Source: Phoronis australis (taxonomy: Eukaryota > Animalia > Phoronida). From it: 64,000 bases of DNA. The notes beneath the pieces were generated by a model, which worked only from the letters and a program-made list of their open reading frames with translations, was not told the origin of the DNA and did not search any database. This document shows positions 13,155 to 25,900 of this stretch, piece by piece. How positions within the stretch are numbered: position 1 is the first letter of the stretch; every line of letters begins with the position of its first letter. The position numbers and the translations under genes are program-made. The stretch lies in the NCBI GenBank assembly GCA_002633005.1, contig NMRA01000785.1:82573-146572 (forward strand), written 5' to 3'.

Positions 13155-13926
13155 TTACTTCTTAGCCACGGCCTTCTTTGCTGCTGGCTTCTTAGCTGGC
13201 TTCTTCGCAGCTGGTTTCTTTGCGGGCTTCTTTTTGGCCGGCGACTTTGCAGCTTTTTTAGCCGCTGGCTTCTTAGAGGGCTTCTTCTTCTTAGCGGGCG
13301 ACTTGGCAGCCTTCTTTGCCGCGGATTTCTTTGCTGCGGGCTTCTTGGGTTTCTTTACCGGCTTCTTCTTGGGTTTAGCGACTTTTTTGGGTTTGGCAAC
13401 TTCACCTGCAAAATTAAGTTAGCGGAATACATATTAAAACATAACCCACGAGAAAGTAGCAACACCAATGAAGTAACCCGAGGTTAGCAGGCTAACAACG
13501 AAAAAAGATAAGAAATCGATGGCGTGTTCATCGTTTGGAACAACGCGCGTTGCCCAGGCGAAATGCAGTTTGAAATGTACGTTCAAGAAGACACGTAAAA
13601 ATACGATCAATCGATGAGGAATACGTTGTGTTTTCAATATAGAACACTCGCACATTTCTTTGAAAATACTTACCAACTTTAAAAGATCCGCTGGCGCCAG
13701 TTCCTTTCACCTGCTTCAGAGCCTTGCTGGCTACCATTCTCTTGAGGGTAAGCTTCACCTGGGTATCGCAGTTATCGCCGACTTTGTAGTTGGCCTTGAT
13801 GTACTTAACGATAGCCTGACGCGAAGAGCCAGATCTCTCCTTCAGTGCTTGGATAGCGGCTTTTACCATGTCATTAAATGACGGATGAGCGGCCGGAGCC
13901 TTCACTTTCTTAGCTGCAGTAGACAT
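13155..13926 (-). CDS. H1: Histone H1 (H1.0/H5/H1-delta-like linker histone), 167 aa, one intron
   Basis: Exon 1 is 13926-13674 (winged-helix globular domain [30 protein letters not shown]...[10 protein letters not shown]). The intron is 13673-13406 (GTAAGT...TTGCAG). Exon 2 is 13405-13155, a K/A/P-rich tail with KSPAKK motifs ending in TAA. Total 504 nt. Confidence 0.95.
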
Positions 13927-14079
13927 ACTTGGTTGACTGTCCGACTAGACAAAACGCAACAGGGAGTAATGCACATTCATTTAGATGCTTTCGACTATTT
14001 GTAAGATAAGCGCCGACGTAATAGAAAGCACCTATAAGCGCCCTGGTTAAATTGTAAAAATGGCGTCCCTACACATCGA

Positions 14080-14125
14080 GTTTGTGTTTGTTTGCTTCGT
14101 TTTATTAAGCGAAACACAAACAACC
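14080..14125 (-). promoter_or_regulatory. H1-box (AAACACA) upstream of the H1 gene, with an adjacent inverted copy
   Basis: TGTGTTT at 14083-14089 (AAACACA on the H1 sense strand) lies ~160 bp upstream of the ATG. The opposite orientation occurs at 14112-14118. Confidence 0.5.
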
Positions 14126-15422
14126 CTGAACTTTATGATATAGTTTCTAACATCAACGCTACGTTGAATCATTATTGTTTAGCTTTCAAAAGTTTTTGTT
14201 CACGTGTGACCTGTTGTAAGGAAGCAATCCTTAGTCAAACTGAGATTTCTTGTGTTAAAGTTACGATAAAAAGTATTTTATGTTTCGATAATTTGTAAAT
14301 TACCCAGTCAACCGATTGAATATTATTGTTATATGATAATTCAAACATCCAAATTAACCAAAATCATACTATCGAGGTCTTTTTCAAACGACTTGATACG
14401 ACATTTTTCAACTGACTTTCTAATACTAACACACGTTTCAACTAACCAGGTCGGCCATTGAGCGTCCAGGTCGTTTACGGAAGTCAACAGCACAGTGATA
14501 ATTTATTTGCGATAGGTTTAATGAGATATCTCTTTCAAGTGAACACTGCATTTTTCAAATGTCTGCTTGAATGGCAAAGTGTAAACTTCATGTTTTTGTT
14601 TCAATTAAACGTGCATGCAACGATCGACTCGTTCGCCACGCTGGCCACTAGGTGATCCGTCATCAGTGACTCATCGCAACCCGGTTTTTGCAGTCCTCAG
14701 GGCTGCAGAGAGTAAAGTTATAATTCAAACGTCTAATCTCATGGAGGATCCCACCGAATATTTTGACAGGAACCAGGGAACCATCAACGAGCACCCAACC
14801 CATGGCAGTTTACAGTCACAGTGGCCGAGCCAGTAAAGTTATAGTGGTTAGTCTGCGAGGTCAGGCCGTTAAAGGTCACCGAACCCGTGGACGCGAGGTA
14901 GGAAGCCGGCACGGATCGGTGCTCGTTTTGGCCCAGCGTAACAGCCCATTTTGTACCAAGCGGTCACGCGAGAAAGTCCAATCACTTGTCTAGTCTTTTT
15001 CACGACTTTATGATGTTTGAGCACGCATTTTGGAATGAATATTGGCACAGTTCTTATTGTACACTGATGTAGACATGCGATAGGTGAACTCAATCAACAA
15101 CATGAAATTGGGTTTTCAGGCATATCATCGCTTTAATTACATGTATGTCAACTAGGCCCGGCCATGGGGAACCTCAAAGTCAGGTAGCTGGCCTACACAC
15201 ACTTCCATTTGGTAAACATGCACATTTTGATTGGTTTTTTACTATACGATATATATGGATTTGATCCTGCACAAATATGCCACTAGGCGTAGTCCGCGAA
15301 TCACTCGGCTACTGCGCCGGATTTCAATATTTTCGATACATCCAGATATCACCTGTTACTGTAGTTGACTGAGTGGCATTGATGAGTTGGTCGTGCCGTA
15401 GCATGTTCATGGGCCCACTCAT

Positions 15423-15687
15423 CATGCGCGCACCCATGGGGGGGGGCTCGGGGGGCTCGAACCGTCGCCGAGCCCCTCCATTTAATTGGCGAAAAACGTC
15501 AGCCTCTGCCGGATCGAGAGACAAAAAGTCCGAGAAAATGAGGCAAAAGTCCACTAAACATGCGCAAACGCGCAATTCACGGTGGTAGTCCCGTTTTTTT
15601 TTTTAGACTGCCCACTTTTTTAATTGTTACCAAAAGGTCCACAATTAAGTCAGGAATTAAATTGCAGGCTGCCGGGGTGCGCGCATG
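15423..15687. mobile_element. Non-autonomous TIR element (CATGCGCGCACCC termini), 5-bp TSD CTCAT/CTCAG
   Basis: Same TIR and internal motif (AAGTCCGAGAAAATGAG-CAAAAGTCCACTAAA) as 12505-12713. Confidence 0.8.
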
Positions 15688-15861
15688 CTCAGTTAGTCAA
15701 ATGCTCTCTACGGCCATACGGTGCGGCCTAACCTGATGCATACAACCGGCCGGCGGCTCAACCTCTATAGTTTACTAAACATACATGTAGGTGGATTAAG
15801 GGTGTCAAATTCGGAACACAGCGCAATCGTAACGGAACTATGGTTAAGTATAGACTCTCCC

Positions 15862-16588
15862 GCGATCCTCAGACGACCGGCAATGGCGCTGCGCACTACG
15901 ACTCCGTTTCCGTCGTCTGCTTCACTGTGCAGTGAAGAAAATTACTTCATTTTTAAAGAAAATGGAATCTGAGTGACGATTAAAAATCAGAAGTTGCTGG
16001 TAAGATGTGAATTTCAATCTAAACCTTAGTGAATCACTCAGAAACTCATAATTCTCTCTTTGTCAAACCTTAACTAAGACGATTTCCAAAGCAATCGCGT
16101 CATTAATGCCAACAGAAAAAACGGATTTGGTCTTTTGGGCAATTGAAGACTATTTTAAATACAACAAATTTGTTACGAACTGATTGCACAAAATATAAAA
16201 ACTGTAATAAATATTACAAAAAGAAGTAGGTTTCGCGAGCAAACGCTGTAGGTCTCTTAAAATCAATGAACAAGTAAAGTCGTGGTGGTGCAAAGCACGC
16301 GCGTTGTATCCGCCAGGTCGTGAGTTCGAGTCTGATGATTACAGTTTTTCAAGTTTCACACGTTCATCGTTCTTTTTTTGATATTACTTCAGGAATCAAG
16401 GAAAATGCTTGATTTTTAAACAAAAAACAGAATTTTTTTCCTGGCGGGAGGGGGGCAAACCCGACATCCCCCCATTCGGTGCTATGCGCATCTACAATCG
16501 TGCTTTGCGCAAATGTTGACAGACAAAATGTTGGGCCCCCCCCTTAATGTTGGGCCCCCCCCTTGTGATATCCTAGATCCGCCACTGC
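15862..16588 (+). mobile_element. ~730-bp interspersed repeat (inverted copy at 44066-44832) with tRNA-like core and CTAGATCCGCCACTG end
   Basis: Collinear with the reverse complement of 44066-44832 along its whole length. Confidence 0.8.
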
Positions 16589-17008
16589 TAAATACAGTGA
16601 ACCAGTAAAGGATGGGTCATAGATGCGCAAAAAAAAACAATACGAAACCAAAATTAATTGTGAGTTGAGCATTTTCGACTGCCCAGCGGTCTCTTGACTT
16701 GAACGAGTACAGGTAGGGGAATAGTGACTAGTCGCGGCACCCATCAGCCGTGGTATAATTACAGCTCGGTACTTTGAGTCAATCGAATTGGTATGACGCA
16801 AACGAAACAAAGCGTACAAAGTTCAGAGGGCGCTACATTCCATTCTTTCACACTGAACAGGTGGACGCCGTCTCAATAATTGAATATTTGTTTGCTGGAG
16901 TCTGGCTGATTTAGATTTTCACGAACGCTAGATTGAGAGACACGGAGTGTGAGCTAGTGGAACAAGAGCGTATCCGGCTCAAGCAGCTAAATATTTAGTC
17001 CAGCAACA

Positions 17009-17315
17009 CACAGGCAGATTTGACGGGGGACATCCCCCCCACCCCTTGGCTGCGGCCAAAATAAATCAGGAAGACATCAAGAGCGTGGGGAAATATTGAG
17101 TTTACTCTAATTAACACTGGTAATGAGGAAGTAGCCGAAACACGGTGTGGAAGCGTGCCTGTCCCTGTTTTTTATATTTTTTTTTAGTCGTGTGGCTGCA
17201 TTTCAGCGAGGTCCACGCTCTCAGAAGTCTAAGCCCTCCTTCATTTCCGGCTGACGGCGCGATTGCCCGAGACAAAGTGTTGCCACACCCTTATGGTTTC
17301 CTAGATCCGCCACTG
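17009..17315. mobile_element. Non-autonomous TIR element (CAG[T/A]GGCGGATCTA family), 5-bp TSD CAACA
   Basis: Degenerate left end CACAGGCAGATTT and right end CTAGATCCGCCACTG. CAACA at 17004-17008 and 17316-17320. Confidence 0.7.
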
Positions 17316-17670
17316 CAACATACCATGACTAAATAGCTTGTTAAGTTAAAAGTCTTATCCAGGTTATTATGATTCAGAAGCAATCAGCGGGCCGGCTGAA
17401 TAAATATTACCTTGATTTGCACTCCAACTAATGGAAACCCTAATAAGCGCACTGACAACCTAGGCTAATATTCAAAATGTTCGTTATTGTCCTTTGCCTT
17501 TATAATTGATACCCTTCCCTAGTCTGTACATGTACATGTATTACGTGGACAGCTCATTGCAGGAAGCCATAATAAGCATGCAGGGGAAGATATCCTATGT
17601 GGCAAATCACAGCTAACCTTTTCCATCGCAAAAATGACAATTGATTTTGACCTCATGCGTTACGGATTTC

Positions 17671-17873
17671 GGCCCTATTCCAAGAAACTGACTTAAGTTC
17701 ATTTTTGACTTAAGTCTAAGATTTGTCAGTTAAGACAAAATGTAGGTCATTGACTTAAGTCAAACTTAGGATCTTAGTCTTTCTTGAATTGGTTTTGAGA
17801 CAAATCTAACTTTTATTTTAAAATTTAAAAATAAGACTTGTCTTAGCTAAGTCAGTTTTGTTGGAACGGGTCC
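17671..17873. mobile_element. Harbinger-like MITE with internal GACTTAAG repeats
   Basis: Imperfect TIR GGCCCTATTCCAAGAAACTGACTTA ... TAAGTCAGTTTTGTTGGAACGGGTCC. Confidence 0.55.
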
Positions 17874-20070
17874 CTGGTCTCAAACCGTTGCTCAGTCAAA
17901 TTGGGTCTTTGAAATACTGACTATATTTCGTTATTACCCGAGCCAGGCCTCTGTCTACATTTGGCTAGTAAAAGAGTGTCATTATACGTTGAGCGTATGG
18001 TCCATAAGTCATCGCTCACCATGAAGGTGCAGTTATAAGACTAATTGTATGTATTGCTTCACGTGGTATCACTCAAACGTTCACTTCTTTGACGCAACGT
18101 ACGTCTGGATACCCGTTCAATGTGAAACGCTTCTGCAACATAACCTGTTTTTTAAACTTTAATAAATCTTTGAACTTCATTTTTGGTTACTTCTTAACAG
18201 CGACAAACGTATGAAGAGTTTTGTGATGAGTATGAATTTCTCGGGATTTTCGTTAAAAAATTTGTGCTCCAGTCGGTTGAGTGTTTTCATGACTATTAAA
18301 TGATGGAAATTGACTCGAGGCATCTCATGCGTGCACCCATTTGACAAAGTAGGCAAACAGATCCGCCGCAGCACTGAAATAAAAAACTCCGAAAAAGGTA
18401 GAAAACAAGGCAGAAGCCTAAATACAGAAACTACCAAAAGTCGACGAATATAGCTCTAAACGTAGCCCGCGAATCTAGTAGTAAAAGGTCTATATTCTCA
18501 AAAATCGAGCCCCCAATTTTATGGCTGGGTAATATCAGAGTCTAGTTTTGAATAATGGGGCCTTTTCTAATCGGATCACAGAAATCCTAGCTGACAGTAA
18601 TTAATTTTTTTGTTACGTGTGTATTTACACATAATGTGGAAAATGCGACTTCCTGGCTTCGTTAATTTTGATGACGTTTCAGTGAAACTCTTGCTCTTGG
18701 CTTACCGTTTCCATGTTACTGGGGTGTCTACATGTCAGTTCTTTCAAGGTTTGGAATTTTCCTCTAATAAGAGGGTTTCCTCTTTTTGGTCTCGATTTCC
18801 TCATATTTGTTTTCCAGTTTCCTCAGTTTTACCATTATTTTGATTTTAGTCATGCAAAAAAACGTGTATTTCACTTAAACTTTACAACACACAAGCCTAC
18901 GTTGTTTGTGTAAAATGATACATCACCTGGACAAATTCCGTTTTTGCCAGTGGTTATTCCTGGTTTAAGCCCTGTTATCTTTGATTTTGTTCAATGAGCC
19001 ACACAGCAAATAATTAATTTTGACCAATTCCTTCGCAAAAATAAAAAGTCGGCTTTTCAATCGTCCGAACTCTTTGATAAGATAGCACAGAAACGAACAT
19101 GAAAAAGGCATATCAAAGGCAATATCTAGAAACAGTTGTGCAGCTACACGTTTGTCTTAACTACCACTGACACGTGTGCGTAGAAATGGTAGAACTGTAC
19201 ATGTAACATCCCAAGTTGAATGTTTTTGACCCTGAAGACCGGGCGTGCGTTCAGTAGACGCTAGGACCTACCTAAAACCTAGTCAAAATCACATGCTCTC
19301 ATTTAAAATGCACAGCAACATCTCACGTAATCTCGCGAAGTCTTACTTTTTAGCGAGGTCCTAGCGTTACTGAACGGTATGCGGGTCTGTTCGTTCACAG
19401 GAACCACTGACGTAATCAGGGATACCAAAAAAGTCGATATACTGCAGGTAGAGAAAGCTGCAGAATAAAGAGAAGCTGCACTTATTGAGCATTCAATGAT
19501 ACTGGCATCAGCAGTCCCCGAAGTACAATGGCAAGTGCTACGATGTATTCGGCTATATTTTTGGTTGGAAGGTGGAGCTGAAAATTTAGCATAACTTCCA
19601 ATTCGGAGGGTGGAATCGAAAACCAGCGTTTCCACGAGGATAGACCTACGGTGAAAACATCAACATGCCATATGGGTTGACTTCAGGAGCAAAAACCACA
19701 CCCACAAAACTCATTGCCTATTGAAAACAATTTTATTCAGTAGTTCTACTCTAAAGTGTTTTCCACAGAAGGAGCATGCGTTAAACCACTGGTACATGTT
19801 GAGGTGTCATGCAACATTCATTAAATATCAGAGACAGAATCATTCCTCACCACAACTGCACGAGGTTCGCTTTACCAAAACTGTAGATCCAGGGTCATAG
19901 AAACGTTAATGCAAAGCCAAGCTGTGAGTTTAAAAATGACACAATGGTGCTGATGTAAAGATGATTGCACCAGAACCCACACCTTTGTAAGGCTTGATAA
20001 CTACATTCCAATCAAAATTCAAGATATCAATTGCGCTTATGCTAATTTTAAGAAACTGACAGTCATGCAT

Positions 20071-22907
20071 TGAGGATGCCATCTGTCCCGAGTTACAATT
20101 CAGTAGTGGCAAGCACTCGATTGTCATGGCAAACTTCCACCTTTACAAGTTTCCGTAATTCTTACTCAAAAAAGCTCAGTAAACTTAGGCAAAGGGCATG
20201 TCAGGAGTCTGCAGCTCTTGGTAAAGTTCTCCCAGGATACTTTGGAGGCTATCCAACATCAGAATATGGTCAGTTTCTTGTGTTCTGATCTCATCGTCTT
20301 GTGTTTGGTCATGGACTTCTCTGACTGAGTTAACTGAAGTCTGTACTTTTCAAGGGACTCTATTTTCTGCTTTGTCCTCTTTGCCACTAACGGGTCCCTA
20401 GAATTGAATAAACCATGTGAAGAAATTAACATTCCCCCGCCAGTTAACAGACTCACGGCTCAGAATACTTCATACCAGAAGATGATTGGTTACTCCTTGG
20501 GTCATTAAGTCAACATGAAACATTATTGAAAGCCATAAGTATAGCCTTGGACCAACGCATACCAGCTGAGACCACTTTTGGCAGTCATTTAAGTAAAATT
20601 CGAGCACAAAAATCGGGACATCATCGAGCATAACACCTCTCAAGTACTGACAGTCGTGGCTCGTCTATCAATACTTGCACCCTTACCGATCCTCGTTACG
20701 ACGCAGCGATTCTTGGAGTTTTGCCAACTGTTTGTCAATGTTTCTAATTTCCTCGTGTGTCTTAAGCAGCTGAAAACAATAATGATATGTAAATTGATAA
20801 ACACTGCAGCACCAAGGTTTCATGAAGCTTTACACAACAGTTCAAATTCCAAGTTTGTTGCCCAAATCAAAAGTTTCATTTCTGAGTTAATCATTAACAG
20901 TTCAGCTTCATGTATGAAACAAAAGCATCGTACAATCACACCACTAACCACTTGGGAGACCAGACAAGAATAACCTTGTAAACCCTGAAACTCCTTTAGC
21001 ATGGGTGCATGAAACAGTACCAAACAGGGACTCGACTAAGTTCCTTAAATCTACTGCGTATTAATGGGCTGATTGTCACACTGATTGTCCTTTGATATGT
21101 TCTTTGAGTGCCATTACTAGGCAATTTTTTGGCTTCGTTACAATTTGAGCGTAAAATCTATGTTGAATGTTCAATATTATTGAAAATAAGCAGGGATTTT
21201 TTCATGCANCATTGTAATGGTGTATTTTCTGAGGATGCCATCTGTCACGAGTTACAATCCAGTAGTGGCAAGCACTCGATTGTCATGGCAAACTTCCACC
21301 TTTACAAGTTTCCATAATTCTTACTCAAAAAAGCTCAGTAAACTTAGGCAAAGGGCATGTCAGGAGTCTGCAGCTCTTGGTAAAGTTCTCCCAGGATACT
21401 TTGGAGGCTATCCAACATCAGAATATGGTCAGTTTCTTGTGTTCTGATCTCATCGTCTTGTGTTTGGTCATGGACTTCTCTGACTGAGTTAACTGAAGTC
21501 TGTACTTTTCAAGGGACTCTATTTTCTGCTTTGTCCTCTTTGCCACTAACGGGTCCCTAGAATTGAATAAACCACGTGAATAAATTAACATCCCCCCGCC
21601 AGTCAACAGACTCACGGCTCAGAATACTTCATACCAGAAGATGATTGGTTACTCCTTGGGCCAATAAGTCAACATGAAACATTATTGAAAGCAGTAAGTA
21701 CAGCCTTGGACCAACACATAGCAGCTGAGACCACTTTTGTCTTATTGAGTTGCCTTTTGGGCCAAAACCAGGATTATGGCAACCACCAAGATGCTCAAAA
21801 ATTCCCCTTTCTGCACTCCCACAATTTGACCCCTCCCCCTGAAATAAATTCCTTCGAACCATGTGGCACACTCATCATCACATGCACACAAACACGTTTA
21901 ATAAGTTCCTTAATCCCAACGCAACGTTAAATACACAGGTTTTATTTAGTAAAACTAAAACGACGAGCTTCGGTACTAAAATATATTAAAATATCTCCAC
22001 GTATGGAGCGATGCGCTCTTTGTCAAGGGTGTGCTACATACTGTTAATATATTTTAGTAGCGACGCTCCTCATTTTAGTTCTACTGTTTTATATTTTTAT
22101 TCTCAGGGCATTGCAACATCTATTTGATTTCAATCAGGTTTTACTTGTTTGAAAGTTTAATACCACCCAGAAAATAAACCTGTATATCACACAGAAACTA
22201 AAAGAGATACCTATGCAAAAAAACAGCAAAACATGACAATTTAAGACGTACACCAGAGTGTGGACTAAATAAACACACGACTGTCATGTAAGTAAAATTC
22301 GAGCACAAAAATCGGGACATCATCTAGCATAACACCTCTCAAGTACTGACAGTGGTGGCTCGTCTATCGATACTTGCACCCTTACCGATCCTCGTTACGA
22401 CGCAGAGATTCTTGGAGTTTTGCCAACTGTTTGTCAATGTTTCTAATTTCCTCGTGTGTCTTAAGCAGCTGAAAACAATAATGATATGTAAATTGATAAA
22501 CACTGCAGCACCAAGGTTTCATGAAGCTTTACACGACAGTTCAAATTCCAAGTTTGTTGCCCAAATCAAAAGTTTGATTCCTGAGTTAATCATTAACAGT
22601 TCAGCTTCATGTATGAAACAAAAGCATCGTAAAATCACACCACTAACCACTTGGGAGACCAGACAAGAATAACCTTGTAAACCCTGAAACTCCTTTAGCA
22701 TGGGTGCATGAAACAGTACTTAATAGGGACTCGACTAAGTTCCTTAAATCTACTGCGTATTAATGGGCTGATTGTCACACTGATTGTCCTTTTATATGTT
22801 CTTTGAGTGCCAATACTAGGCAATGTTTTGGCTTCGTTACAATTTGAGCGTAAAATCTATGTTGAATGTTCAATATTATTGAAAATAAGTAGGGATTTTT
22901 TCATGCA
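20071..22907. repeat. Tandem duplication (~20071-21208 vs ~21230-22907) at N 21209, containing the last two ZGPAT exons
   Basis: Extra copies of ZGPAT exon 11 (~20686-20768) and exon 12 (20259-20397). The copies differ by SNPs and a ~540-bp intronic indel. Confidence 0.85.
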
Positions 22908-25900
22908 ACGCATATAATTTAAGGACAAAAACCCTAATTGTTTGGATTGATTAAAGGGCTCAGTTTTAGTTATATTATTAGAAAATGTCATAGCTCCTAA
23001 TAATGACATAAAAAGGGTAGAAAAATATTTGAGCAAAAAACGTAACTAGTACGCAAAGTAGGGAACTTAGTACATATTCCACATGTGGGACTGTTTCATG
23101 CAATGGGCCACTGTAACCAAGTATCTCAACACACTAGTTACCTGGATATTGACTTGTTTGTCTGACTTCTGCTTCAGATCAGCTTCCGTGATTTGTCTCA
23201 CATCTTTTCTTTTTTTGCCATGGCCATGTGACCGGACCAGTGAATGGAGATCGGCTGAAAATGAGTTGATCACGTGACCAGACCAGAAAATGAAGACCAG
23301 CAGAAAATGAATTGGTCAAGTGACTTGACAAGTAAACAGGGATCAGCTGATATTGCGACTTGACTAGCAAATGAAGATCAATGGAGAGGGTCAAAATGGA
23401 ATGTGAATAGGCCAGTCCACATGACTAACTACTTTGAGTTCAATGCTGCCTTATTCAACACTGTTTACCTACAGGACTGTGGTTTTCACATACACACACA
23501 CCTTCACTTTCCTAGAACAACGTGTTTGAACAAATACTTTGAATTTCCTAAGTTATCACAGTAATGACTGTAGGAAAATACAGTGTACACTCATTATGCA
23601 GACATACAATTTGCATAGACGGAAAAAACATTATGACTGTGGGCGAACACGAGCCCATCTTTGTGACAATTGCACATTCTTTGGTGACGAGCTTAGACAC
23701 TTAACAGCACGCATACATGTACCTCTTTTTCCATGCAGTTTCTTGTTGATGAAGTCAAACACATTTAGTTTGTCTCCCTTGTCTTTGTATCCTTGCGCCA
23801 CCTGTTGGCTTTGTTGTTTGGCCTTCATCTTCTGCCTCTTGAGTACATCCATCAGACACTGATCACCAGCTTGCTCTTTCAGCTCCATTACCTTATCTAG
23901 AGACTTGCCTGAGCGTGGTGAGCAAATGGTTTTGTGGTGACAACAAGCAACAAACATTGCATAAAAAGATGTGTTTCAATAGCGACATGTTTCCTAAGAA
24001 ACATACATCATTCCAAAACTTCAAATCAAGAATGACAAGCTTGTCATAATTGAAATATTTTGCTGAGTTTGTGTAATTATGTCTTACGGCAATTTTTGTT
24101 TCTATGACTTCACTTACACGTCCTCGAGATGACATCAACTAATGGGGGAAGGGAGCCATAGACAAATCCAGCTTGTTCAAATCCTGAGAAACATCACTTT
24201 ATCTTGGTTGACGTCTGACACTGAATTAGCGTGCACTGAACAAACCTCTGAATTAACTATATCGACAACATCTTGAAGAGATGAGTAAAGACAAACTCAT
24301 TCTGACTTCCATGAAATGTCACACAACATAAACGTGGCATTAAAGAATATTAGAGAAAGCTTTATATCAGGAAAATAGGAAGGAAATGTCAAACACCACT
24401 TCTGTTTTTAAGTGATAGGAAACTACGCATAGACATGAATTTGACTTCAGAAAAATTCACTCAAGTCTCACCAGGTGGCAGTAGAAGGATTGGGACAGGC
24501 TCGGCACGGCCCTCACCTGCCTTGCCTAGTCCTTGACCAGTGATGTAGCCCATCTTGGACATGAGTTTCGACCCGATACCCTGTAAGAGAGGAAAATGGT
24601 AGAAGTGAAAGATGGTTCCAAGCGATTCAGAAACAACATTCAGCCCAAGATAGTGGATCAAAGTACAAAATATTTTTATGTCAGCCTGAGATGCTCGACC
24701 ATGGTGCACAGTATCCATACCCTAATTAGGGCAAAACAAACTAATATACTTTGGTGGGGTACGTGGTTGACTATGGTCAGTAATTCTGAAAGATCAGCCA
24801 CACAATATAATTTGTTGCCAAAAGGTTCATAGGTTTGGAGCGAGATGTGAGAAAGACTTAGAGTACCAATGTACTTAATACGGTGAAATAACGAAAAGAT
24901 ATATGTAACTTGAGTTTGCAAATCCTCTGTGCTCACAAAACATTCTGGTACACACCCTTGTGTGTGCTTCCCATTCACCCAACTTCTCAGTCGTCTGCGG
25001 TGGTTTCCATAGAAACACAGGCAGGTCATCGTCTGAGGACTCGTCATTGAGTGCCTTCAGCTTGGTGCTGTCATTATAATCCTCGCCTGAAGAGTCACCA
25101 CCATTGTCGTCATCAACCTCTGCAAAATGTAAATCAACGGAAGGCATAAGGAAAACTAAACCCAAGATCAATGTTATCCTGTTAAACTAATTCCTACCTG
25201 TATATCTACGGGTGTGTTGCCTGCATCTTTCTACCTGAGCCCCGTGGAAGCCAGTGTTTTCATGTTGAGAAAATTAACACAGATTAACTAAATAATTGTC
25301 ACAATTGAATTATAAAAACATACAATAATCAAAAGCCAGCGCTCACTTGAAATATGGCTAAGATTGAATACAATATGCAAGATTTGGAAATATGGGAAAT
25401 CATGACTTAATTCGGATGTCATTGGATCAGTTGCTTTCAAACCAACACAAACTAATTTGATTTCTGACATTTCAGGTTCTGGGCCAACAAAAGAGCTAAC
25501 TCTAGTTCTCCACAAAACTGTCACTGTCTGTTGTGCGTATGACCCACCAGAGGGCACCACATCCTCCAACTCAACTGTACTCGTCTCATTGTACATGTCA
25601 TATTGCACCTCATACTTATGATCATCAAGTACCCTCGTAACCCTAGCTGTGTACCACACATTGTCATGGTAACGGGCCAGGCATTTGCATCCTTCTGTAA
25701 GGCGACTGAAACCAGAAAGTTTAAGAATTCATTCAACTAAGTTTGCATTCATGTTGCGCAAATTTGGCAAAGTACTCTACTATGTTTTACTCCACAAATC
25801 CATCGTTATTACCACTCACTAATGGACTGACATTTGCTTCACTAAACTGGAACCATTAGGATCATTCCTCCAAACAGCAATTATTTCGTTTTCTTTTCTA

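Noticed and set aside
13065-13487. Hydrophobic plus-strand ORFs (FFAAGF repeats)
   Set aside because: These are antisense readings of the Lys/Ala-rich H1 tail.
16280-16335. Possible tRNA gene (also ~44330-44395)
   Set aside because: A/B-box-like motifs are present, but there is no intact cloverleaf and it is embedded in an interspersed repeat.
20259-20768. Second ZGPAT paralog or alternative terminal exons
   Set aside because: It encodes the same peptide as exons 11-12 and adjoins N21209, so it is best explained as the other allele.
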